From NCBI GenBank assembly GCA_051294375.1, contig CM119265.1, positions 7,326,629-7,390,628 of the forward strand: a DNA stretch of 64,000 bases, given 5' to 3'. Under the pieces are notes generated by a model. The model saw nothing but the letters and a program-made list of their open reading frames with translations. It did not search any database and was not told the origin of the DNA. Source of the stretch: Paraspadella gotoi. Lineage: Eukaryota > Animalia > Chaetognatha. The position numbers and the translations under genes were made by a program. This document shows positions 48,601-64,000 of this stretch, piece after piece; within the stretch, counting starts at the first letter, position 1; the number at the start of each line of letters is the position of its first letter.

Positions 48601-50430
48601 TGAACAACAGCAACCTTTCATCTCTACAATTGTCCTCCGATGGATTACTTGAGATATCACACGCCAGGAAAGAGTGTTCCAATTCCCTAAGGCACGGTTA
48701 ATCCTTGTCAAAAGCTCAAGGAACAACCCTGCCGACTTTCATCACATACGTTTCACAGACCAAGCGCCAGGTCTACTCTCCATTAGACACGCCCTTCTTC
48801 CTGCCGGGATTTGAAATGTCAATGGCCAATTATGAGGCAGCTTTGCAGAAAAATCGCGGTTAGAAAGGTTAATGGTGCTCCAGATCATCTCGACCTGATC
48901 ACTGGACACGCTCCCACTTCGTCCAATTCAAACACCTGGCTCTAATGGCGCAACTCTCCAGGAAGATACAAAGCATTAGGAGCAATTCTTGATATTTTTG
49001 TGGCGGTGCAAGGTTTCAAAATATCAAAAAAAAGAGACAACATTGCGAAATCTAGGTGAAGGAGCCATAAGACCAAAAGATGCCGACACTATATTATCAG
49101 GACAAGATATCGGCAAAGGACTGGAAGCCTCGGCCAACCAACCACTGAGCTGGGACTACTCCTCAGTTTGAGTGTAGGAGTTGACAGTTGTGTCAAAAAT
49201 TGTGCATGATGATGAGGATTTGGCCACCCACAGGAGGCCGGGCTCGCCTAAGTTTGAAAAGAGTATAGGCTTGGCGCCAACACATACAACAGACAAATGA
49301 AAGATCTTCAGGACGCATTACAGGTCAATGGAGCCTCATCAGCGGACCAAACTCACAGCAACGCCCACTCCATACTTTGGGGTGCTCCCGAAGATCAGAC
49401 GATTGAGGTAGCGGCACCCTCAGGCACCTGAAAGACGAGGGAAGGCCAAAACCGGCTACAAAGTCAATACCCGACCAAATGCTGACGCTCTTTCCAGATG
49501 ACCTCGTAAACCATCCAGGTTGGACAACAGAAACCCAAAGCCCGTACGCGCCGCCTTGCCTTGCAGCTAAATAAAAAGCTGTGCGACACTGTAACAAATT
49601 GTCAAGCACATCAGATCCAAAAATGGGGCAGGAGGCGATGGTCGATAGCACCCTTGAAGCGACATTGATGCAACTGAGGATGAGATCATGGAGGAAGTCC
49701 TCTAGGCCCAGGAGAGGATCGAAGGGATAGTGCCCTATGGGCTTTCAGAAATCAAGCCTGGCAACGCGAAGATGAGACCAATCCATCTGGTGACCGATGC
49801 TCTGAGCAAGGGCGACCGCGAAGGGGCAAAAAGAAAACTGGAAGAAGAAATGCAAAAAGAGGAGAACATTGACCGAGAGGTACCTCTCCACAGCTTTGCC
49901 GACCTTGATGTCACCGCGGAAAATGGGGAATCCTAATCATCAAGGGTTATAAAGGCAGAGACAACCCACAAGGAATTCGTAGTCCCTACCAAACCCGTGC
50001 TGAACCAGATCACAACGCGGATCCACAGGCACTTTGGGCACCCCAGGTGTAGAGATACGGTGACGGCCTTTTGAGCATAAACAGCCCATACAATCTCTGC
50101 TGCCAGGATTTAATCTACACCCCGCTGCAGCAAAGTGCGTCAGGAATGTGAAAACTGTGCAAAATCACTGATGGACAAAGATACAAGAACTCCGTCAGCG
50201 CCCAAACCTTGCAGTTGCTCCCCTGGGAATCCCTCAGCATTGACGTGACTGAAACATCTGCTCCCATCGGAGATAGCGGGATTCCATTTATGACACTTAG
50301 TTGCAGGTCTGACAATGCATCTGCCTATACTGTGGTGCACACACTACCTTGCTGGGGAACGTGTTCTAATTTGGAATCTCGAGCTGGATGCATGCGAATC
50401 ACATTGTAAAAGCTCTCGATGAAGTTTTTT
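45620..50430. mobile_element. Mosaic of heavily decayed retroelement fragments (Ty3/gypsy pol and LINE RT pieces)
   Basis: Motif remnants: RYLGV (+47311), SRQGCSLS (-48714..48737, LINE RT), NADALSR (+49478), HRHFGHP (+50024) with CENC (+50147) integrase zinc finger, PWESLSID (+50221), SDNASAY (+50308). Many stops and frameshifts; composition differs from the flanks. Confidence 0.7.
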
Positions 50431-50439
50431 TTTTTTTCT

Positions 50440-51100
50440 ACTACAATGGGGAGCCTACCTTGAAGTCACTTTGATGGTGCCTTTGACCTCCCGAGACTCT
50501 AATGGCGCAGTCAGGATTGACTTATCGACTCCTCAATCTACAATGGCTTTAGGACGGGGTAGATAGGAGTTTTATTTAATAACTCGTGTATTATGGTTAG
50601 GTACGAAAAGGATACGATTTAACGAGTGTGCGCTTGAAAGAGACATGTTGGGTTGTAGTTTTCGAAACCGAGCGTATCACAGCCCTCCAGCGCACAGGAG
50701 CTCGTGATTAGAACGAGATCAATCCCTCTTGAGATACCATGACTGGTCGCGTTGGAGCTATATCAGTTGCCACACCTAACGAGCTTTATTCTTCCTTAAT
50801 ACGCCCAACTGGAAATATTTGTAAGCCTGAGTTGGAAATTGTATTATCGTCAAAATGTGGTACTATTTCTGGCTCCGATTAATATGTGATGTAGCATAGA
50901 TTCAGACATGTCGGCCACAACTGAGATACAATTCGGCCACAGACCCAAGAATATGAAATACATGGCGAATTAGTGCAAGATGATTACAACTAGGAGAGAG
51001 ATTCATCACATCGACTTTATTCGTGTGTTCATGTAAGAGCCGCACCATGATGATCAAGAGGAAAGCCCAACAAAACTAGCTGAAACAAGAAACAAGCTCA
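50440..51100 (-). mobile_element. Possible decayed CR1/L2-type LINE endonuclease remnant
   Basis: Weak minus-strand remnants in the expected order: YMNTR-like start, IY.P, and SDFK in place of GDFN. Frameshifted throughout. Confidence 0.3.
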
Positions 51101-52333
51101 CTTATCGCTCTCTTATATTCCAATCCCAGACACAAATCTTACAGACGGACCACAGAGAAATCAGGTTGGAGACCTGGTGCTCACCAGGCGTGAACCTGCA
51201 TCATAACAGGCGCCGCACCCAACGGAAAATAAGGTCAAACGGAATTACTTACTGGTCCTCAACAGAGTTATTTGAAAGAGAAGAACGGAAAATCATATAC
51301 AGCAGTTCGTCTCTGTCGCTGGTTGAAAAAAATATGAGATACACATTGACCGCCGGCTAAAACTGCATACAGGCCAAGTGCGGCACTAAGTTTAAAATTC
51401 GGACAAACACCAATGAAAGAAAACTGTAAATAAACTTCGTAGCTAAATTAGATATAAACTTGCAAAAAAACAAAACCGATTTGTGAACTCTGGATAAATC
51501 AGCACGACACAAAGAAACAAAAAAAAAAACATCGCGACCAAGACAACAACAACGACAACAACAACAGCTTCTGATCCCCATCGCAAACTCCGGCCTTAAC
51601 GCGACTGACCAACCGGTGCGCCGTCGTCTGAGAGGGGGGGACGCAATAAAGATGAATAAAAACCACGATATTACAGGAAAAAGAGATTAAGGAAGGGAAT
51701 TCCGGGACAAGAGCGAGAATAAGACACGCACTCCTGTAGGAATTAGGAGAATGAAACCTGAAATGATTCTGATATCGATTGTTGCGAATTTTATGGGAAG
51801 ACTAAAATCCAGAACAAAGGTACAGCGAGGAGGATTTTCACTAAGGAATCCGGAGGAAAAGAAGGTTCCAGAGAGGACAGAGGAGGATTCGCGGAACGAG
51901 GAAACTGGGCTTCCAGAGGTCCCCACTTGCCCATTATAAACTAAGCCGGTCCTGTTTCTGCTGTCTCTGATTCACTGTCAAAAAATTGACAACAGTCTTC
52001 GATCTTTGTCTATTCATATTATGATAATAAAAATTATACACACACTTCTGATTATGATATTGAGAAATGGGCCTGTCTGCTTACTATACAATGAATTTAG
52101 AATGCCCTGATTTTTTTGCTCCGTTTATTATGTTTTTTTTTTTGTTAACGATTACGAATTCCCCCATTTTTTTTTTAATATCTGCGGCGGCTTATTTCAT
52201 CTTTCACCTTAATGGCACAATTTACGTTTCGATTAACTTCAAATAAAGAAAAACAATCGATACTCTCCTGTCTTCTTTTATCTTCTCTCTCTCTCTCTCT
52301 CTTCTCTCTTCTCTCTCTCTCTCTCTCTCTTCT

Positions 52334-52364
<31 letters not shown>

Positions 52365-52712
52365 CCCCAAGTCTGTGATGGGAATTTAAATGTTGGCGCT
52401 CAGCGGGCGTCATTATTTTGATTAAACGGTTTCAACCTGAGAGGCCGACTGCGGCGGAGGTAGACGACGGACTCCGACGANNNNNNNNNNNNNNNNNNNN
52501 NNNNNGACGACGACGACGACGACGATCACGGTACGAACCCCGATCGCGGCGAAATATCGACGATCAAAAGACCAAAAAATTAATGAGCGTCGAATCGTCT
52601 CGACGTTCGACCGCAGCGACACCTGAGGCGACGATGACGAGACGTCTCGATGTATAAATCAGGGAACTCGACTGACCGACGATGACGTAGACGATGACGG
52701 AGATGACGTCGA

Positions 52713-52791
52713 CCGTGACATCCGCGACATCCGTGACCGTGACATCCGTGACAGTGACATCCGTGACCGTGACATCCGTGACCGTGACATC
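52713..52791. repeat. Short tandem repeat of ccgtga(cat) units
   Basis: ccgtgacatccgcgacatccgtgaccgtgacatccgtgacagtgacat... directly visible. Confidence 0.8.
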
Positions 52792-53330
52792 GCCGAGAGA
52801 TTACGAGGAAGAACAAATCAAAAACCGTTCCCAATAATACTGGAATACAAAATAATAGTAATAATTAAATAATAATTAATACAATAATACATTAAATCGA
52901 TTACTAGGATAATTGTTAATGCAATAATTAAAACAATAATACGTTCCAATATTACAGAGATAAATAATTTCAACGCTCTCAGCGAGCCTATCACAGATAA
53001 CGATGACGACGCATATTTTAAAAGACAATGTATCTTTTTCAGATCCGGCGCACCCTCTTTCCGGATCTTGTCCTCGCCTTGTTTATTTATTGTCCTAGCC
53101 CTTTGTCCAAATCGTGCCCTCTCTTAATCCGGGCTTGTCCGATCTTGTCCGTCGGTCGTTGTCAACGAGTCACACGAACATAAAACGAAAAAAAAAAACA
53201 CATTTCGTTTTGCGAAGGCGGATTTCAAAAAAAAATATGGAAAAACGATTCGTAGATCTAATTAGATTAACGAAACGACGACGAAAGATTTCGAAAACGG
53301 ATCGAAATGACCCGAAAACTAGTCGCGGAT

Positions 53331-53436
53331 TATAAAAGGCCCAGAGATCTAAAGCTGTGATCTTTACTTATTTCAGGCAGCGAAAAATCAAAGCCGATCC
53401 TGCTGGCCAGGCTGCGGATCTTCCACGAAACGAAAG
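53331..53436 (+). promoter_or_regulatory. TATA box and non-coding first exon of the ETS gene
   Basis: TATAAAAG at 53331, a strong donor GAAAG|GTAAGA at 53437, and an acceptor ttttccAG at 53658 just before the ATG at 53686. Confidence 0.6.
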
Positions 53437-53685
53437 GTAAGAGAAGAGAGATTACAGTAATATTACGTTTTTTTACATTTGTAAAATTGATTGAGACAAA
53501 ACCTTGTTGGGGACAGATTTCGTTTTATTATTCTTTTTCTAGCTTACTTATTTAACTCGTCTACATAAATGGCAAGCGTCTCGTTTTAGTGGCAAAATAC
53601 AAATAATTTTAAACCCGCTTTATAATTTTGCTTGATCACTTTCTATATCGTTTTCCAGAAACTCCACGCCCATCTCCCGATCGTC

Positions 53686-57581
<3,896 letters not shown>

Positions 57582-58459
57582 ATGCTGATTTGCCCGCCAT
57601 CTTATTTGGATCCCTTATTTTCGATTATTCAGTATTCTCTCTATTTTTTTATTACATTTTTACTACAAAATCACACGCACAAGCACACGAACTATACGAG
57701 GCGATGTTGTAATAATCTTTGTCCGTTATTATTATAAATTTACTACGATCAAATTTATTGAAATCCGAAATATATAAATAAATATATGCGGTTGTTTTGT
57801 TGAATATTCGTTATTATCATTTTTTTTTAAATTCTAAACAACAACTAATAAGACAGCCGTTAATAAATTATATGGGCATTTTCTATCGCATGAATTGGTA
57901 ATACGAAGTACATATAAGTCACAAAACCAAAACAATTAGCGTCGTTGAGATTGTGACGTCGAAAATATTTTACCGATGACGAATCTCGAGACGAAAATCT
58001 AAAGGAGTCATTAAGTCGTTAAGTTTCGTCGTTTCTCGAGAGAAAAAAGTGACAACTCATCAACTTTGCCCACTTGAGACTTGACTCTTTTTTTTAAAAC
58101 TTCGGTTCGAGTCGACGGTTATTGACAGGGTTAGATAGAGTGGGAGATGCGTAAAACGTAGATAAAGAGGGAAAGAGATGGAGAGAGAGAGAGAGAGAGA
58201 GGCGTCAAACGAGGACGCGCTTCGTCGATTCGATAAATATCGCCAAACTTGAAAGTGTCTTTGACGTTTTTTGACGTTTAATGACGAAAAAAAAAACTTT
58301 ACGCTCTACTTCAAAATATACTATAATAAACTTTAAATTAAATAAAAATAAACTAATAAGAAATACTTTTAAAACTTGATAAAAAGCATCTTCAAACTGA
58401 AAAATATATGAATAATTTAGATTCTAAATCCTCCAAATCGTGGAGGATCCAAGGATCCT

Positions 58460-60436
58460 TCAAGGAGCGACTTCCCAAAGCTGCTTGAGGGTGAAGCCGT
58501 CCTTGAGCCGCTCGATCGCGAGGCCCAAGTCTTCGCTGAAGACGACGTCGCGATCTTCGTGGTGGTGATCGTCTGAGGAGGAGGAGGAGGAGGAGGAGGA
58601 GGAAAGATAATTAAAAAGAATAAGACCGATGCGGAATGTGGATGGAATACTGATAAAAATTATGCGTTTAACATGTAAGTGATTACATTGAAAGAAACAA
58701 ATCAATCATAATAACGACGAGGTCGATGACGACGCTTAAGATAGCCATAGCCGATGAAATTTAAATGCTAATGTATACAGCGTTAAAATAATCTATCATG
58801 ACCATAGATTATGGTATTAAAATATTTTTTGTCAAAAATGCTTTCTTCTGAGGGTACTCGCCTAATTAAAAATATTATATTACTATATAGAGCAAAAAAT
58901 ATTTTTTTTAAATCTTAAAATTTTTTGATGGATTCTGATAGAGCATAAAAAAGTTAAACAAGAAATATAATTACAGCTTTTAAAAATTCTTACGTTTTCT
59001 AAGTGAAAATATAAAAAAACTGACAAAATCATCGAAAGATGATGATGATAATGATTTTTTACAGTTTTTCTTATTTTTGACACACTTATCGTAAAAATAT
59101 TTAAAAAAGAATCATTCTTTGTGCAGACAACTTTTTATGAGCTATCTGAATCTGATCTTAAAATTTAAAAATTAAAAAAAAAATTTTTGGCCTTTCCTAT
59201 CTATAAATAAATATTAAAAAAATTAATTACAAGGGTATAGAGCCATATTAGAAATTTTTTGTCCATTGAAAGTATTCTTAAAAATGTTTAAATATTTGAG
59301 CATGTACTCTAAATTTTTTACTCACCCCATTGAGTGCGGCTACCCCTATTTAAGATGACAATGATTACGTTTAAATTTACCCGCGAAATACGCAGCGTAG
59401 ACGTCGGGTTTCGTATCCATCTCCGAATCGACGATGTTTACTTCGTCTGTAAATAAAAACATCTTAACAAAAAAACAACAACAAAAAAAAATTCATAATA
59501 AAAGTATTTCACCGATTTAGCATTTCGGTATCGTTTGTCTCATTAACCTTTTTACGGTACACCTATATACTCTTTTTATATTTCTTCACGCTTCTAAATT
59601 TTATACATTTCTGATTTTTTTCCCCTCCCTCTCACTTCTTCCTCCTTCTCTTCTTCTTTTCTTCCCCCCTTCGTCTTCTCACCATCGAACACATTGTCCA
59701 GCGTCTCTTCCTCCCATTTCTTCCTGTTCTCCTCTTCCTCTTCCTCCTCCGTCGAGAATTCAACCCCAAATATGGGATGACGCGAAAATGTCGCCTGGAG
59801 GCTTTGGATTTCCTTGACGACCTCTTCCAGTCGTTCCGTCGGATCGATGCGGAAACCTTTGTTTCAAACGAGGATGACAACTAAATAATATGCCATTTTC
59901 CCCCTGACTTTGGACAATGGACAGTGGACAATGGTCAATGGACATTGGACAAGCTATGTCATTGGACAGGCTATTTTGGGTTAAGGCCATCTCTAACAAG
60001 AAATATAGCGATTACGTATAAAGAATGGGAAAAAAAAACGGAGGTTAAATGTCAAATTTCAGCTGAAAAGTAAATCGCTAAAGCGATTAGGTGTTCATAA
60101 AGAAGGGGAACACTTTACCGAGGACGTAAGAGCCGCTTTGCCTCGATGTTTCGATGACCATCGCGACGCCGAACTTGGAATCCCTGACTTTCGTCGAACC
60201 GATTTGGAGATAAGGGATGGAGACGTTGAAGCTCTCGTTCATGTTGGCGTGCCACACTGGAATAATAAAGAAGAGAAAAAGGAGGCGTCTTATGAGTAAT
60301 GTCTCGTTATATTAAATATAATAAGGAATCGATCATTAATTCTGGAGATTTAATTATTACCTACTCTGACGTTTGTAATAAAGATGGTTCCCAGGTTGCC
60401 CTGATCGCTTGACAAATTCCACACGCCGACGATCTG

Positions 60437-60515
<79 letters not shown>

Positions 60516-62576
60516 AAAAAAAGTGTTAGGGCGTTGTCTCAAGCGACAGCGACAGCTTCGATTCAGAGAATCAGCACCTCACCTTGTTGATGATCTCCTC
60601 CTTCGGCAGCAGCACCAACTGCTTGTCCCTGACGACGGCGGATCTTAGCTTGACTTCCCTGAAGACCTTGGACGTCTCGAAGGCGCGATGGACGGAGATG
60701 ACGGAGGAAAAGAGACGCGGAGATCCGGGGACGAGATTGGTGAAGATGAACTCGAATCTGATTGGAGGAGAAAACTGGAGAGTGAAGATGAACTTGAATC
60801 TGATTGGAGGAGAAAATGGGAGAGTGAAGATGAACTCGAATTTGATTGGAGGAGAAAACGGGAGAGTGAAGATAAACTCGGGAGAGTGAGGATGAACTCA
60901 AATCTGATTGGAGGAGAAAACAGGAGAGTGAAGATGAACTCGAATCTGATTGGAGGAGAAAACGGGAGAGTGAAGATGAACTTGAATCTGATTGGAGGAG
61001 AAAACGGGAGAGTGAAGATGAACTTGAATCTGATTGGAGAAGAAAATGGGAGAGTGAAGATGAACTCGAATCTGATTGGAGGAAAAAAAGGGAAAGTAAA
61101 GATGAACCCAAATCTGATTGGAGGAGCAAACGGGAGAGTGAAGATGAACTCGGGAGAGTGAGGATAAACTCAAATCTGATTGGAGGAGAAAACAGGAGAG
61201 TGAAGATGAACTCGAATCTGATTGGAGGAGAAAACTGGAGGGTGTTGAGTTGGAATGAGGTAAAGAAGTTGGAGTCTTTAATTCTATAATTGCTTTATGT
61301 AAATTTACTTTATTGTGTTTGTTAACCAATTAAACAAATTCAATCATTGGTTATATATATTCAATATGAATAAAATAGGTGCATTTAACCAAAATTGTTC
61401 GAATCAATTAAAAAAAAACAACAAAAAAATCACCTATTTTTGCTAATAATATAAATGCATGATGCATTCATTATCAAATTTATGTTGCTTGCGATGACGT
61501 TAAAGTATATTTGTCTATATCAATTTTACTTGATTAATCGTTAATTAATTAATTAATTAAAAGTTATTCAACCTCCTGGTTACACAATTGCGCTAAACTC
61601 TAAACCATATGAACCGACCTCGTGTTGTTCACTTTGGTGAGAATGTAAAGAGCCTCAGTTGTGCCACGAATCTTGGACGTCGCAGATTTCACTTGGACGC
61701 TGAAAGAAAAAGAAAGAAATATTAATAATAAAAAAATATTTACAAAATAACAAAATAATACCAAAACAATAACAATAACAAAATTTAGAATAACATACAT
61801 CATTGTAACCTGCCCTAGTTTACTTTAAAGATTATTATATACGCGGCTCACAATCACACCTCGAATGACACACACAAAATCCCCAATCCCCAATTCCCAA
61901 TTTCTCAATCCCCATACTTGAGCACGCAGTTGAAACCAATAGAGAGATTGACTCTGGTCTGCGTTTCCGAGTGCCACAAAAGACGGAGGTTGGTGACGAG
62001 AAGTCGTCCGCTATCGCCGTTGTTGCCTCGAGGAAAGGAAGTGAAATTTTCTTAAAAAAAGCTTTTCACTTCATACGGGTCAAAATTCTCACCTTTTGTG
62101 TCTTCCACAAAATCAACTCGATCGATCAGTTTTTCTCCAAGACGAGGTCGCATCTGGAACAGTGAGGGGCAGTTATAATGCAAGATAAATAAGTCACGGG
62201 GTGATAATCTGCACTCATCTACATTCAACACATCTATAAACCAAGGTCGAAATGAAGTCCTTCGTTATTAGTGTTGCTTTCAACATTTATAGGAAAATAA
62301 ATTGTTGCCATTATAACTTCAAAGTGCACGAATTGCGGGATTTTCATTTGTATAAAACGGACCTCAGAGGGCGCGATGTCGAATCGTATCTCCCTGTCTT
62401 CCCAGAGGACGTCGTTGGAACCGCCCACGACTCCGAAACCGGCGTCTAAATAAAGTCACTAAGCTTTTTATTTTATTATTATATTTATATTATTCTAGTG
62501 AATTTAACGATATTTGCTAAAATTGATATGACACACCTCCATTTCCAATTTGCTGGGAGAATGAACCGACAGACAT
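58460..62576 (-). CDS. BBS5: Bardet-Biedl syndrome 5 protein (BBSome subunit), 11 exons
   Basis: Minus-strand exons give [13 protein letters not shown]|[128 protein letters not shown]. The start exon 62537-62576 is inferred from phase and the MSV N-terminus. Confidence 0.95.
60437..60515. repeat. (GAAA)n microsatellite forming the polypyrimidine tract of a BBS5 acceptor
   Basis: A (TTTC)n run on the minus strand directly precedes tcAG|ATCGTCGGCGTGTGG. Confidence 0.9.
60740..61240 (-). repeat. 42-bp minisatellite spanning the BBS5 intron/exon junction (11 full units plus two 20-bp partial units)
   Basis: Full units start at 60740, 60782, 60824, 60886, 60928, 60970, 61012, 61054, 61096, 61158 and 61200; partial units at 60866 and 61138. 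The minus-strand unit reads tctcccgttttctcctccaatcAG|attcgagttcatcttcac. Confidence 0.92.
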
Positions 62577-63651
62577 CACGATTAAATTGAGAATTAGATA
62601 TTAAAAATAAATTTAAAATGGAAGCACAATTATTTGTAGATATATTTTTTTCTTTCCTGAAACAAAGCAAAGGAAATTTTTCTGAGCGAGGACACGGCCG
62701 ACTTTTCTTGTCAGCTTTGGTTACCTTGGGGTTGCGTGTCTCGTCGCACCAGACCGTTGAAGGAAGAAATCCCTTCTCTTTGTTATTTTATTCTTTTATT
62801 TTCTATTAAATTATATAGAAAAAAGCTTGGCTTATTATCTAAACGCACTCTTCAGTTAAATAATAATAAACTTCAATCAATATACCTAGATTTTCAGATT
62901 TTATAGTTTTATGTGCTCTTGCTTTTCATTTCATATAAAACGGTCTTTTGTTTTCTTCCTCATTTTTCTATCACAAGGGTGAGCAAGCTTTGCAACTTTC
63001 TGTAAAAAGTTAGATATTCGAAACAGAGGAACATTCAGTATACGTATTCAGTATTTCAAAAATTCAGTATTTCAGTATTTCAAATATACTTTTTAAACCA
63101 CAGCAGTATATAAATATCAGCATTAAAAACTTTTAACGAAATTTAGTCATTGCACAAAGTCGATAGCCTCTTTTCCCGAGAAACAGTTGACATACGATTC
63201 CTACTATAAAATCAACAAACGTCTCCCAGTTGACAACAGGCGTCAAAAAAAATACGCGGTTTGTTTTATACAGGGGGAAAAAACTTGTTATTTAAGGCGT
63301 CATGAAGATCGAAGAGGAGAGAAAAAATGTGAAAGAAAAAGCTTTTTCAGAAAACGTGACAGTTTGTGATGATTTTCTTGTGTCCCCTTCCTTCAAAGAA
63401 ATCTCTCTCTCTTTCTCTCTCTCTCTCTNNNNNNNNNNNNNNNNNNNNNNNNNCTCTCTCTCTCTCTCTCTCTCTCCTCTTCTTCTCTCTCTTCTCCTCT
63501 CTCTCCTCTCTCTCTCTCTTCTCTCTCTCTCTCTTAGGAACAACCCTGAGGGAATTTGGGGAAGCGACATTTCCTAGAGAAAACTCAAGGTCATCCCAAA
63601 AAAGAAGCTTTTCCTTTCGAATTCCATCTCACCCGAACCATGTCTCTCTCT

Positions 63652-63713
<62 letters not shown>

Positions 63714-64000
63714 CAACATAAACCTAAACCTTTCTAAGCCAAAGTACTCCACGTCGCCATTTTATGTTGCTACTTTTGAAATCGTCGCCTTCCTTCCATT
63801 TTCGCTTACCCACGCCAATTTTTATACTTCGCAAAAGATCACAGCTTTTTTAAAAAATAGCTTTACTTGGGTAATAGGCATTATCGAGCCATGCCATTGC
63901 TTTTTTGCCTCGCCTTTGACCGAGAAAAAAAAACTTGCGCGATTCATCTCTTTTATTTTTTTTGTGAATTTATTTTTTTTTCGTGACGGATTCATCGCGA

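Noticed and set aside
60740-61240. CRISPR-like regular array
   Set aside because: Units are contiguous with no unique spacers, there are no cas genes, and the context is a eukaryotic intron.
60563-61329. Long repetitive ORFs on both strands (188, 157, 143, 101 aa)
   Set aside because: By-products of the 42-bp (14-codon) minisatellite overlapping a BBS5 exon.

Overview
Eukaryotic (invertebrate metazoan-type) genomic DNA with many short 55-140 nt introns, AT-rich and (CT)n-rich spacers and four assembly gaps (15174-15183, 36699-36723, 52481-52505, 63429-63453). I could splice five recognisable genes by hand: Arp2 (422-2106,+), a class V myosin (3413-27060,+), a secreted single-VWA-domain protein with a Gly/Arg/Trp-rich tail (28597-31096,+), an ERG/FLI/FEV-like ETS factor (53686-57581,+) and BBS5 (58460-62576,-). 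A sixth, orphan three-exon gene not visible in the ORF track encodes a putatively myristoylated 167-aa protein (38995-44954,+). The most notable signals are: (1) a 2.1-kb in-frame alternative terminal exon that would swap the whole myosin V cargo-binding tail for an unrecognised 708-aa tail, in a gene that also has duplicated first exons, a candidate microexon and a duplicated motor exon; (2) a twister-ribozyme-like fold inside a ~400-bp unit with terminal direct repeats; (3) a 42-bp minisatellite built from the BBS5 splice acceptor itself. MITEs (one nested pair), a tRNA-like SINE, Helentron-like repeats, telomere-like repeats and a mosaic of decayed retroelement fragments are also present. 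All calls come from manual reading; no database searches were run.
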